Shown piece by piece: positions 19,919 to 29,823 of a stretch of DNA of 64,000 bases. Both the position numbers and the translations under genes were made by a program. The notes below the pieces were generated by a model. That model made no database searches and had not been told where the DNA came from. It saw nothing but the letters and a program-made list of their open reading frames with translations. Location of the stretch: assembly GCA_965221165.1 (NCBI GenBank), contig CBDCRP010000002.1:320001-384000 (forward strand). The letters are read 5' to 3'. The stretch's first letter is position 1. Every line of letters begins with the position of its first letter. This DNA comes from a bacterium (GTDB lineage Bacteria; UBA8248).

Positions 19919-21220
19919 TTGGACAAGTCCGGCGGTCCCACCCCGGTTTCCGGCTATTCTTCCAGACCCGGGAGAACGAGCGGTTTATATTATGGATGGG
20001 TGATCGTCGGCTTATCGTTCTTCACCATGGCCTTCCACATTTCGGCCAGTTTTTCTTTTTCCCTGTTTCAGGTCCCTCTGATTGAAGAATTCGGCTGGAG
20101 CAGAGGCGCCCTGGGCGGCGCATTCGCCGTGAGCATGAGCCTCTATGCCATCTGTAATCCCAAGGCGGGATCCATTCTGGAGAGAAAAGGCCCCAGGGCC
20201 CTGATTCCATGGGGTTCGGTCTCGATTGGCCTGGGACTCATGCTGGGCTTTTTCATCTCATCTCTTTGGCATGTGTATCTCTTTATTGGTGTTCTAATCG
20301 GCCTGGGGCTTTCGATGAGCGGCTTCGTGACGCACAGCGCGCTCCTGCCGCGATGGTTCTTCAGAAACCGGGGTCTGGCGGCGGGCATCGCTATCTCTGG
20401 CATCGGCATCGGCTCATTCATCCTGATGCCCACCATCGAAAGACTCATCGCCAACTTCGGCTGGCGCTACGCCTACCTGATTTTCGGCGCCTCGATACTT
20501 CTCATCATCCTGCCGCTCAAAATACTCCTGCTCAGAAATCATCCCTCCGACGTGGGTCAGAACATCGACGGCGTATCGGACGCAGAAGCCGCCGGGTTTC
20601 CGAAATCACCCGCCTCCCAATCGCAAAAAGTGGGAGAAGTATTCCAGCGTATAAAAGGGGAGAAAAATTTCTGGGCATTGACGATCCTCGTTTTCGTCAT
20701 CGGCCTGAACAACAACTCCATCTGGAGCCAGCTTCAGATACTCTTCGTCGACGCGAATTTCAGCACCGCCTTCGGCGCTTTCGTTTTCGGGCTCACGGGC
20801 GCTATCCGGATTCTGGGCAGCGTGGTCCTTGGTTGGGCAAGCGATCGCATGCCGCGCAAAAGGGCCCAGGCCATCGCCCTTTTCCTGTCGGGAATCGGCG
20901 TCCTCATCTTGCTTCTCGTGCCCTATATGGGCAACGGCGTCGTCCTCGCCTTTTTGTTCGCCGCCATCTACGGCTTCGGCGTCGGCGGCATGACGGCATG
21001 CTATGCGGCCATGACCGCGGACGCCTACGGCGGGCGCTCGTTCGCCGTCATCATCGGATTGCTGGAAATCTCTTTCGGACTCGGGGGATTCATCGGCCCC
21101 CCGATGGCGGGCTTCATGTTCGACTACACGGGAAGCTATGTTCTGCCCTTCTGCATCGTGGTCATTTTCCAGGCGGTTGCCCTCCTCGTCTGTCAGTTCG
21201 TCTACAGCACCGAGAAGTAA
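19919..21220 (+). CDS. MFS transporter (OFA/MCT-like)
   Basis: YYGWVIV, EEFGWSR and WFFRNRGLAAGI, about 12 TM segments. Confidence 0.85.
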   Translation: MDKSGGPTPVSGYSSRPGRTSGLYYGWVIVGLSFFTMAFHISASFSFSLFQVPLIEEFGWSRGALGGAFAVSMSLYAICNPKAGSILERKGPRALIPWGSVSIGLGLMLGFFISSLWHVYLFIGVLIGLGLSMSGFVTHSALLPRWFFRNRGLAAGIAISGIGIGSFILMPTIERLIANFGWRYAYLIFGASILLIILPLKILLLRNHPSDVGQNIDGVSDAEAAGFPKSPASQSQKVGEVFQRIKGEKNFWALTILVFVIGLNNNSIWSQLQILFVDANFSTAFGAFVFGLTGAIRILGSVVLGWASDRMPRKRAQAIALFLSGIGVLILLLVPYMGNGVVLAFLFAAIYGFGVGGMTACYAAMTADAYGGRSFAVIIGLLEISFGLGGFIGPPMAGFMFDYTGSYVLPFCIVVIFQAVALLVCQFVYSTEK

Positions 21221-21230
21221 GACACATCTC

Positions 21231-22508
21231 ATGAGACAAAGAAAAAACACCCGCCCCTGGATTTACTACGGGTGGATAATCGTCGGCACGTCTTTCACCG
21301 CGATGGCGTTTCATCAAGCGGCGCGTTATTCCTTTTCCATCTTTCAGGTTCCCTTAATCGAAGAATTCGGCTGGGGGCGCGGCGCCCTGGGCGGCGCCTA
21401 CGCCCTGATGCTGGGCAGCTACGCGATGTTCAGCCCCATCATGGGGAACCTGTTCGACAAAAAAGGAGCGCGCGCGATCATGCCCTGGGGTTCGGTGTTC
21501 GTGGGCACAGGCTTCGTCCTCGCGTATTTCATCAGCGAACTCTGGCACGTCTACCTCGTCCCCTGCCTGTTCGTGGGAATCGGAATGGCGCTCAGCGGCT
21601 TCGCGCTGCACAGCGCTATCATGCCGCAGTGGTTTCAGAGAAAGCGGGGCCTCGCCACGGGCTTGGCCCTCTCGGGCAGCGGGACGGGAATTCTCCTCTT
21701 CATCCCGCTTATCGAATGGCTCATCTCCACCAAGGGCTGGCGACTGACTTATCTGATTTTCGGCCTGGCCGTGCTGTTCATCGTGGTCCCCCTCACGGCG
21801 CTACTACTCAGAAAAGGGCCCGAGGAAGTGGGCCAATACATCGATGGGAAATCCGAACCTCCGTCCGATTCACGCCAAAAACCAGGCGAAAAATCGCCCA
21901 GCCCGCCTTTACTCCAGGTATTTCGCCAGGTCTATAAGGAAAAAAATTTCTGGACGCTCCTCATCGTCGTCTTCATCATCGGGTTGAACAACAATTCGGT
22001 ACTGAGCCAACTCCAGCTATTTCTGGTGGACGCCGAATACGGCACGGCTCTGGCGGCCTTCTTTTTCGGGATGCTGGGCGCGATTCGGATGCTGGGCACC
22101 TTTTCGGTGGGCTGGCTGAGCGATTCCATCGGCAGGCAGCGCGCCCAGGCCCTCTCGTCTTTCATCACGGTCTGCGGAATAGCAATTCTGCTCTCCATCC
22201 CCCATGTGTCGTCGAAAATCCTGATGGGCTGGGTTTTCATATTCGTCTACGGAATTGGCCTCGGGGGGATGAGCGTATGCCATTCATCCATGTCCGCAGA
22301 TGCGTTCAGAGGCCCCTCGTTCGGGGCCACCATCGGACTGCTCGAAATTTTCTTTGGCCTCGGGGGATTCATCGGCCCCCCGCTGGCGGGCTTCATTTTC
22401 GACTATACGGGAAGCTACATGATCCCCTTCGTCGGGATATCGATCGGCCTGTTGTTCTGCATCTTCATGTGCCTGTTCGTCTATGAAACGCCGCGAGGAG
22501 CCTCATGA
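21231..22508 (+). CDS. MFS transporter (tandem paralog)
   Basis: YYGWIIV, EEFGWGR and WFQRKRGLATG. Colinear with the upstream gene. Confidence 0.85.
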   Translation: MRQRKNTRPWIYYGWIIVGTSFTAMAFHQAARYSFSIFQVPLIEEFGWGRGALGGAYALMLGSYAMFSPIMGNLFDKKGARAIMPWGSVFVGTGFVLAYFISELWHVYLVPCLFVGIGMALSGFALHSAIMPQWFQRKRGLATGLALSGSGTGILLFIPLIEWLISTKGWRLTYLIFGLAVLFIVVPLTALLLRKGPEEVGQYIDGKSEPPSDSRQKPGEKSPSPPLLQVFRQVYKEKNFWTLLIVVFIIGLNNNSVLSQLQLFLVDAEYGTALAAFFFGMLGAIRMLGTFSVGWLSDSIGRQRAQALSSFITVCGIAILLSIPHVSSKILMGWVFIFVYGIGLGGMSVCHSSMSADAFRGPSFGATIGLLEIFFGLGGFIGPPLAGFIFDYTGSYMIPFVGISIGLLFCIFMCLFVYETPRGAS

Positions 22509-22520
22509 GCGTGTCGGGCA

Positions 22521-23345
22521 TCAAAAGGGCCTGCTCAACACCTCCAGGACTTTGGTGGCCTTCGCCCTGTCTCCTTCGATGCGGAGACGGCCCGTTCTTT
22601 CCTTATCCTCCAGACTCGCCCGCCCCGTGGTGAGTAGAACCAGGTCGCTCCCGCCGCATACAACGCGCGCGTCACAATCCGCAAGCTCTGAAAACACGAT
22701 TTCAGGATGCCCCATTTCGACATGCAAGGCCCATTTCCGCTCAGGATTTTTCGTCTCGAAGCAGATGGTTCCGCCGAAATCCTTATCTCCCCTCGCCCTG
22801 AAAAAGATGGGGAAGCGCTCCGACAGGCAATCCACGGCCATGGGAAGTGCCTGGGAGTGTAAATCCCCATCAGGCTGATTCCTGATATCCCAATCATGCA
22901 GGATCAACTCGTACAGCCTTTGTCCCGGAAACGTGCGAATCGGGCACGGCGCGAGCCAATGCCACGCGTCTTTATCCACATCATCGGACCCAATCCCCTC
23001 GAAGATTCCTTGTAATCGCCATACGGCTTCAGAAAAGGCGCGTATCCGCTCATCGGCGGAAAGCGCAACGAGTTCATCCCCCACTTTTTTCCGGTACGCC
23101 CAAAACGATTCCAAATCCATGGCGCCGAAAGGCATTTCCAGACGCCCGGCGGCGCCCGCGGGGATGACGTGCGCATAAAAACGCGCGCCGAGCGTCATAT
23201 GCGCCACCACGTCGGACACACACCAGCCCGGACAAAAAGTGGGTGCGCGCCACTGTTGCTCATTCAAATTTCGCAAGCTTGCAATGAACCTGTGGTTTTC
23301 CTTCGCCACCCGGGATAAGACGTGAACGAGGGGAGCCAGAGTCAT
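22521..23345 (-). CDS. Maleylpyruvate isomerase (MDMPI/DinB superfamily) protein with SCP2-like C-terminus
   Basis: WRAPTFCPGWCVSDVVAH, ELILHDWDI and GRLRIEGD. Confidence 0.8.
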   Translation of the reverse strand: MTLAPLVHVLSRVAKENHRFIASLRNLNEQQWRAPTFCPGWCVSDVVAHMTLGARFYAHVIPAGAAGRLEMPFGAMDLESFWAYRKKVGDELVALSADERIRAFSEAVWRLQGIFEGIGSDDVDKDAWHWLAPCPIRTFPGQRLYELILHDWDIRNQPDGDLHSQALPMAVDCLSERFPIFFRARGDKDFGGTICFETKNPERKWALHVEMGHPEIVFSELADCDARVVCGGSDLVLLTTGRASLEDKERTGRLRIEGDRAKATKVLEVLSRPF

Positions 23346-23496
23346 AAAATTCTACCCTTGCACTCGGTAATACTGGAACCTGGGTCTCCGCGCATGTCGG
23401 CGCAAACAAGCAGAAAAACTTTGGGAGACAACGACTTTTGGAATGAAACGAGACATTTTTCAGCCAATCGTTCAGAAATGCGAAATTTCATCCACA

Positions 23497-24558
23497 TCAA
23501 GAGAACATGGGCACTTTGAGTTCGTCCGCAATTTCCGCCACCTGTTCCCACACGCCATCGCCCACCGGAATTCCTTCTCGCAGCCTTCTCTCTTTTTCTC
23601 TGAAACTCCGCTCCCCCGGCACACGAATCTCTTCTACTCCAGCGGCCCTGCGCGTATTCTTGACCTCGGTGACGTGGGCATCCACCATCTCTCTAAAAAT
23701 TTTTGGATCTCCAAAAGCCGAAGGGTCGATGGCGATGAACAAATCCCCCTTGTCGTAATGTCCATCACGCACCGATTGGGTGAGCGGCTTGCCGACTTTG
23801 GCTCCGAGCAAAGGCCCCGCCAATAGTCCGATCAACAGGCAAAGACCATAACCCTTGTGGCCCCCGAAAGGCGCAACCGCGCCCGCGGCGGCCGTTTTGG
23901 CATCCGTCGTCGGCTCCCCATCCGGCCCTACCGCCACGCCTTCGGGAATCGGATCTCCCGTCACGCTCGCCTTCAAGATCATCCCGAAAGGAATCGCACT
24001 CGTCGCAAAATCGAGAAGAACGGGCTCATCCGCACTCCTGGGAACGGCAATCGAAAAAGGGTTCGTGCCCAAAAGGCGCTCCACTCCTCCAAAGGGATGA
24101 ACAAGCGGCTGCGTGAGGCCGGTGACGATTCCCACGCAACCGGCCCGGGCAATGCGCTCCGCGTAATAGCCCGCCATGCAGATATGATCGCTGTTCACGA
24201 CGCCCACGGTGCAGGAACCCGCTTTTTCCGCCTTTCTGGCCGCCAGACTCGCCCCGTAAGTCGCACCCACGGGCCCCATGGCGCGGTCGCCCTCCACCAA
24301 CGCGGTCGCCTCCCGCTCGTTCACGATATGGGGCTTGGCCCGGGCGTCAATCATTCCGCTCTGGATTCTTCTGATCATGTTCGGCAGGCGAATCAGACCG
24401 TGGGTGGAATATCCCCTCAGATCGGCTTCTATCAATACATCGGCCGTCGTCATCGATCCTTCGTACGAACAACCCACGGCCGCCAGAATGCGCTCCATCA
24501 AATCGCGCAGGGCGTCCGCGTTGACGATGCGCTCTTCGTTTTGACTCATGTGCGACAA
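23497..24558 (-). CDS. Ldh_2 family dehydrogenase (malate/L-lactate/sulfolactate type 2)
   Basis: ADLRGYSTHGL, GTNP, LDFATS, GGHKGYGL and RVPGE. Confidence 0.88.
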   Translation of the reverse strand: MSHMSQNEERIVNADALRDLMERILAAVGCSYEGSMTTADVLIEADLRGYSTHGLIRLPNMIRRIQSGMIDARAKPHIVNEREATALVEGDRAMGPVGATYGASLAARKAEKAGSCTVGVVNSDHICMAGYYAERIARAGCVGIVTGLTQPLVHPFGGVERLLGTNPFSIAVPRSADEPVLLDFATSAIPFGMILKASVTGDPIPEGVAVGPDGEPTTDAKTAAAGAVAPFGGHKGYGLCLLIGLLAGPLLGAKVGKPLTQSVRDGHYDKGDLFIAIDPSAFGDPKIFREMVDAHVTEVKNTRRAAGVEEIRVPGERSFREKERRLREGIPVGDGVWEQVAEIADELKVPMFS

Positions 24559-24566
24559 AACCTTTC

Positions 24567-25076
24567 TTACAGATCGGGGTTGGGAGCAGAAACGCTCGGC
24601 TTCGTTACGCGCATCATCCAGCAGTAGATTTCTATCCGGTTTCCATCCGGGTCCAGAAAGTAGAACGCATGGCTCCCGCTTCCCCCGATGAATCCGTTCT
24701 CATCCAGTCCTTCATGCGCATGCACATAGGGGCCGGAGACGAACTCCACGCCGCAGGATTTCACATGTTCCTGGGCATGCAGCCAGTCTTCCCGGTCATC
24801 CACCTCAAAAGCGACATGGTGCAGCCCCACGTCTGTTCGATGCTCGGAGTCCGACGTCGTCAAACCTGCTTTCACGGCGTCTTCCGCCAACTCGAAAAGG
24901 ACCACCGTGTGGTGCTTCTCTGCGCAGCGCATAAAACAAATCGGCCGGAAAAAATCGGGCGGACCCCATTTCCCCGTCAGCTTCAGACCCACCACATCTC
25001 GATAAAACTGAATGGAACGCTCCACGTCACTCACGTGGATTCCGATGTGGCCAAGCCGCGCGATATTACAACCCAT
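24567..25076 (-). CDS. VOC family protein (extradiol-dioxygenase-like)
   Basis: LGHIGIHV, HHTVVL, LHHVAFEV and FYFLDPDGNRIE. Confidence 0.85.
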   Translation of the reverse strand: MGCNIARLGHIGIHVSDVERSIQFYRDVVGLKLTGKWGPPDFFRPICFMRCAEKHHTVVLFELAEDAVKAGLTTSDSEHRTDVGLHHVAFEVDDREDWLHAQEHVKSCGVEFVSGPYVHAHEGLDENGFIGGSGSHAFYFLDPDGNRIEIYCWMMRVTKPSVSAPNPDL

Positions 25077-25222
25077 GCCTTCTTCTCCCGAGACGAATGT
25101 AGTGCAGAAAAAAACAGTTTGCCTTTAAGAGTTCGCCATCATACCATGCCTGCGTTTGGTTGGCGCACGCGAGTCCATATTCGTATTTCTGCCGCTTCAT
25201 ACCTCGATGAAAGGCCATTTGA

Positions 25223-26050
25223 ATGCCTAAAAAACCGGGTTTTACAGCAGTTTTACTTTTGGGAGCAATGGTATTCACCAGTGTTTTCCTGCTTCCATCT
25301 GCCAACAGTCAAAAGGACAAAAACCCTGCAACCGCGCTCGCTTCTCAGGAATCAAATCCGAATGAAACGCCCGCCCCCATGCTCTTGGCGCAAAACGTCG
25401 ATAAGGAGCGCATCGAAAAAATCATCAGAGAATACCTCATCAAAAACCCCGAAGTGCTCGAGGAGGCCATCCGGGCCTTACAGGCAAAGCGCCAAGCACA
25501 ACGCCAGGCCGCGGCCCAGACCTCTATTCAGAAACTCAGAAAACAAATCTATGAGGACCCCGGAGACCCCGTGGGCGGAAACCCCAACGGGGACGTGACG
25601 ATTGTGGAGTTTTTCGATTACCGGTGCGGGTTTTGCAAACGGGTGGCCCCCGTCGTGGAAGAAGCGCTCGCGAAAGACAAGAAAATCCGGATCGTCTACA
25701 AGGAGTTCCCCGTCCTGGGCCCAAATTCCGTATTGGCGGCCCGGGCGGCGCTCGCCTCGCGCGCGCAGGGCAAATACATAGCTTTCCACAAGGCCCTCAT
25801 CAAGGCCAGAATCTCTTATGATGAAGCGAGCATCATGAAAATCGCCGCCACCGTGGGCATCGACACGGCCCGCCTTAAGAAAGACATGCGGTCGCCTCGA
25901 ATCCAGGCCCAGCTCGATAAGAACCGCGCCCTGGCGCGCTCCCTGGGCATACGCGGCACACCCGCCTTCATCATAGGAAAACAACTCTTCCCTGGCGCGC
26001 TCACGCCGGACCGGCTTGCCGGCATGATTCAAGCGGCGAGAAAGAATTAA
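25223..26050 (+). CDS. DsbA family (Com1-like) periplasmic thiol:disulfide oxidoreductase
   Basis: Signal peptide, EFFDYRCGFCK and GIRGTPAF. Confidence 0.9.
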   Translation: MPKKPGFTAVLLLGAMVFTSVFLLPSANSQKDKNPATALASQESNPNETPAPMLLAQNVDKERIEKIIREYLIKNPEVLEEAIRALQAKRQAQRQAAAQTSIQKLRKQIYEDPGDPVGGNPNGDVTIVEFFDYRCGFCKRVAPVVEEALAKDKKIRIVYKEFPVLGPNSVLAARAALASRAQGKYIAFHKALIKARISYDEASIMKIAATVGIDTARLKKDMRSPRIQAQLDKNRALARSLGIRGTPAFIIGKQLFPGALTPDRLAGMIQAARKN

Positions 26051-26054
26051 AACG

Positions 26055-26087
26055 AAAAAAAGCCCCGGAGATAACTCTCCGGGGCTT
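26055..26087 (-). terminator. Intrinsic terminator (U-tract on minus strand)
   Basis: AAGCCCCGGAGA/TCTCCGGGGCTT stem with A7 on the plus strand. Confidence 0.8.
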
Positions 26088-26102
26088 GCGGACTACAAAA
26101 AC

Positions 26103-26555
26103 TCAGTCCACCGTCACCGAGCCCATCAACATTCTGCGGTAATCCCACCATTTCCACTTTTTGGGCACCATCGTGATCCGCACGCGTATTTTTTGCGCAA
26201 TGGGCGTATTGACGTAATTCGCCCACATCTCCGGCCCGAAGAAGTGATCCACCACGCTTTTCAACCCCTCGTGGTCGGTTCCCATCACCTCGGAGATCTG
26301 CGCCTCTCCCTCCACGACAACGGCGCGGAAAGGAGCTTCGGAATCATCGATGCAAATCGAAAACGCCGGATTTTTTCTCAAATTCCTCACCGAAACGGAA
26401 TCTTCCCCCGTGCTGATGAAAAAACTTGCGTCATCGGGATAGAACAGATACAAAAGCGGGATGACGTGCGGCGAACCGTCCGGATTCGTGCTGGCGATTC
26501 TCGCCATATGCGGTTCCAGTAAAAATTCATCCATCTCCGTTGGGCGTTCGGCCAT
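26103..26555 (-). CDS. Pyridoxamine 5'-phosphate oxidase-like split-barrel protein (PPOX class, possibly F420-dependent)
   Basis: ARIASTNPDGSPHVIP, RNLRKNP and VVVEGEA. Confidence 0.8.
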   Translation of the reverse strand: MAERPTEMDEFLLEPHMARIASTNPDGSPHVIPLLYLFYPDDASFFISTGEDSVSVRNLRKNPAFSICIDDSEAPFRAVVVEGEAQISEVMGTDHEGLKSVVDHFFGPEMWANYVNTPIAQKIRVRITMVPKKWKWWDYRRMLMGSVTVD

Positions 26556-26690
26556 TTCCCGTCTCCTCTCGAAAAGTCATGATGCTATGAATAATGTGTA
26601 TCTCATTGTTATTTCTGAAATTCCTCATCCCTTCCATCAGCAGAGCCAACGCTCCGTCTGCAAAATAGCTTCAAATGATAACGGAGTCAT

Positions 26691-29303
26691 CTAGCCTTTC
26701 ACAATGAGGTTCACCAAGCGGCCCGGCACGACGATGTGTTTTATGATTTCCTTGTCGCCTATATAGCCTGCCGTGACGGTTTCCGCTTTTTCTTTCAGCT
26801 CCTCCTCCGGCGCATCCGGCAGCGCCATGAACGTGCGCCTCGTTTTTCCGTTCACCTGTACGGCGAATTCTTTCTCCTCGGCGGCGATGGCCGCCTCATC
26901 CACTTCCGGCCACGACTCTCGAAAAAGACTCACCTCTCCTTTGCCCGCTCCCAAAGCCGCCCAGAGTTCCTCCGCCACGTGGGGGGCCATGGGCGCCATG
27001 CAGCAAAGCAGAATTTCCGCCGTTTCGCGTTGAACCGCATCTTCGGCCCCGGTCTCTGCGCGCAGCGACGTGGCCAACTCCATGATGCGCGCCACCGCCG
27101 TGTTGAAAGAAAATGAGTTTTCATAGACTTCCGTCACAGCCTTCAAGGTGGCATGGGCGTCGCGCCTGAGTTTTCTTCCCGAAGCGGACAGCCTGCACCC
27201 GTCTCCGGAATAGGATTCGGATTCGCGCCAGTCCCCAAGCCGCTCCGCAAACGTGAGCCAAAGCCTTTGCAAGAACCGGTGCACGCCAATCAAACCATCA
27301 TCGCGCCATTCCTTCGCTCGCTCGGGAGGGCCGATGAACAACGTATACAGCCGACCCGCATCCGCCCCGAATTTTCCCGTGCATTCTTCGATCGAGACCC
27401 CGTTCATCTTCGATTTGCTCATCGAGGCCATCTCGGCGACCACCTTTTGACCGGCCCCGTAGCCGCTGCCGCTGGGGCCATCGGCCGTAACGACCAGAGA
27501 TTCCTCATCCACATCCTGATAAGGCACCCAGACGCGGCCACGCGCCTCGGTCACATGATAGGCCATCCTGCACACCATTCCCTGGGTGAAGAGGTTCTCA
27601 AACGGCTCTTCAAAAGAGACGAGCCCGAGATCGTAGAGCACTTTTGTGAAAAACCGGGAGTAAAGCAGGTGCATCACCGCATGTTCCGCCCCCCCGATGT
27701 ACTGCGTCACCGGCAGCCAGCGATTCACGTTTTGCGACTGAAATACGGCGTCATCATCACGGGGGCTGACGTAACGCAGGTAATACCAGGATGAATCCAC
27801 AAAAGTATCCATCGTGTCCGTCTCACGGCGGGCGGGCCTACCGGTTTTCGGGCTGATGACGTTCACGAAATCCTCGCTCTGGTCCAGGGGGTTCCCCCCC
27901 CGACCCGTGAACTCGACATCGCGCGGGTGCATGACGGGCAGATGATCGTCCGGCACCGGGGTCACGCTCCCGTCTTCCTCATAAATGACGGGAATAGGCA
28001 CTCCCCAATAGCGCTGCCGCGAAATGAGCCAGTCTCTCAGCCGCCAGTTGATGGTCTTGTCGCCAAAACCCTTTTCCGCGAAATAATCGATCATCCTGGG
28101 ATATGCTTCGCGGTTCGGCTGCCCGTCAAAAGGCCCGGAATTCTCCATCACGCCATCTTCGATGTATGCCTCCTCCATCGTGGCGCCATCGAGCCCCCCT
28201 TCTGGATGCTGAATAACCACTTTGACGGGAATGCCGTATTTTCTCGCAAAAAGAAAATCGCGCTGATCGTGCGCAGGAACACCCATCACGATGCCCGTGC
28301 CGTATTCCATCAGCGCGTAATCGGCCACAAGCAGGGGCACGCGATCTCCATTGACCGGGTTGATGACGAGATGACCCGTGTCGACACCCGTCTTTTCACT
28401 CTCCTCGCTCATCCGGTCCGCGGCGCTTTGGGCCTGCATGGCGTCCACGGCTTCTCGAATGGCATCCGCACGGGGGTTCCCCTCCAGCAATTGATCGATA
28501 ACGGGATGCTCGGGCGCACAGACCATGAAGGTGACGCCATAGACGGTATCCGGCCTCGTGGTGAAGACCGAGAACGTCTCGCCGGTCGTTTCGAGCCTGA
28601 AATCGATTCGCGCGCCCTCGCTGCGCCCCAGCCAGTTCCTTTGTTGCTGCTTGACGTGCTCGGGCCAGCCGACGAGGCCATCCAGATCATCGAGCAAGCG
28701 CTGCGCATAATCCGTAATCTTCAGGAACCACTGACTGAGCCAGCGTTTTTCCACCTTTGCGCCGCTGCGCCAGGCGATACCGTCGTGGATCTGTTCGTTC
28801 GCGAGAACCGTGCCATCCACCGGGTCCCAATTGACGAGGGCTTCTCGCTTATACGCCAGGCCGTTCTCGAGCATTTTGAGGAAAATCCACTGCGTCCATT
28901 TGTAATAGCCCGGATGCGCGGTGGAAATCTCTCGCGGCCAGTCATAGGCGAGACCCGCCATGCGAAGCTGGCGTCTCATGTTGTCGACGTTTTTTTGGGT
29001 CCAGGCGGCGGGATGCGCGCCGGCATTGATGGCGGCGTTCTCCGCAGGCAGACCCAAGGCATCCCAGCCCATCGGGTGTAAGACCTCGAAGCCGCGCATC
29101 TTGCGGTAGCGGCTAATGGCGTCGCCCATCGTGTAGTTACAGGCGTGGCCCATGTGCAGATCGCCCGATGGGTAGGGAAACATCATCAAGGAATAATAGG
29201 TAGGTTTATCTCCGGGATGATCGGAGGTCTCGAATATCTTCTCCTCCGCCCAAAGATTCTGCCATTTCGCCTCATAACTGGATGGACTATAATCGCCGAG
29301 CAT
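26691..29303 (-). CDS. leuS: Leucine--tRNA ligase
   Basis: MFPYPSGDLHMGH, DWLISRQRYWG, DTFVDSSWY and SMSKS. SD GAGG precedes ATG 29303. Confidence 0.97.
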   Translation of the reverse strand: MLGDYSPSSYEAKWQNLWAEEKIFETSDHPGDKPTYYSLMMFPYPSGDLHMGHACNYTMGDAISRYRKMRGFEVLHPMGWDALGLPAENAAINAGAHPAAWTQKNVDNMRRQLRMAGLAYDWPREISTAHPGYYKWTQWIFLKMLENGLAYKREALVNWDPVDGTVLANEQIHDGIAWRSGAKVEKRWLSQWFLKITDYAQRLLDDLDGLVGWPEHVKQQQRNWLGRSEGARIDFRLETTGETFSVFTTRPDTVYGVTFMVCAPEHPVIDQLLEGNPRADAIREAVDAMQAQSAADRMSEESEKTGVDTGHLVINPVNGDRVPLLVADYALMEYGTGIVMGVPAHDQRDFLFARKYGIPVKVVIQHPEGGLDGATMEEAYIEDGVMENSGPFDGQPNREAYPRMIDYFAEKGFGDKTINWRLRDWLISRQRYWGVPIPVIYEEDGSVTPVPDDHLPVMHPRDVEFTGRGGNPLDQSEDFVNVISPKTGRPARRETDTMDTFVDSSWYYLRYVSPRDDDAVFQSQNVNRWLPVTQYIGGAEHAVMHLLYSRFFTKVLYDLGLVSFEEPFENLFTQGMVCRMAYHVTEARGRVWVPYQDVDEESLVVTADGPSGSGYGAGQKVVAEMASMSKSKMNGVSIEECTGKFGADAGRLYTLFIGPPERAKEWRDDGLIGVHRFLQRLWLTFAERLGDWRESESYSGDGCRLSASGRKLRRDAHATLKAVTEVYENSFSFNTAVARIMELATSLRAETGAEDAVQRETAEILLCCMAPMAPHVAEELWAALGAGKGEVSLFRESWPEVDEAAIAAEEKEFAVQVNGKTRRTFMALPDAPEEELKEKAETVTAGYIGDKEIIKHIVVPGRLVNLIVKG

Positions 29304-29380
29304 GGATTTCCTCAATTCTTCGGTATGTGTCTCTGAAATCTCCAGGCAGGCGATCCGCCTGCTTCAAAAGATTTGCTATT

Positions 29381-29803
29381 TTATAGATGTGGCCCCTCCC
29401 CGATGGGCGCGGCCTCTTCCCTAATCTTCTCGAGAATTTCAGGCGGAATGCGTCGTGGTTTTCCGCCCGCATCGGTTCTCGCATGAAGCGTATAGCCTTT
29501 CACCAAAATATGCCCCTCTTGCTCCACTAGATAATCAATCCGGACGCGGACGCCCTCGGGCTCTCTGAACCAGCCGGTGACTTTGACCTCGCCGTCATAC
29601 CGGGCGCCTTCCTTATACCGGCAGTGGCTCTCCACCACGGGAAAGAAAATCCCGCGCTCTTCGAGTTGCCCGTAGGGAAATCCGATTTTACGAAAATACT
29701 CCGTTCTGAGCTGCTCGAACCATACATAATAGACCGAGTGGTGCACCACGCCCATCTGGTCGGTTTCGGCATACCTTACACGAAAATCGATGGAAAGAGC
29801 CAA
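29381..29803 (-). CDS. Acyl-CoA thioesterase (YbgC/FadM hot-dog family)
   Basis: RVRYAETDQMGVVHHSVY. Confidence 0.88.
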   Translation of the reverse strand: MALSIDFRVRYAETDQMGVVHHSVYYVWFEQLRTEYFRKIGFPYGQLEERGIFFPVVESHCRYKEGARYDGEVKVTGWFREPEGVRVRIDYLVEQEGHILVKGYTLHARTDAGGKPRRIPPEILEKIREEAAPIGEGPHL

Positions 29804-29823
29804 GCGGACAAACCTATGGTTGG

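Noticed and set aside
27405-27430. LeuRS KMSKS motif changed to SMSKS
   Set aside because: The first position of this motif varies naturally and the catalytic second Lys is retained.
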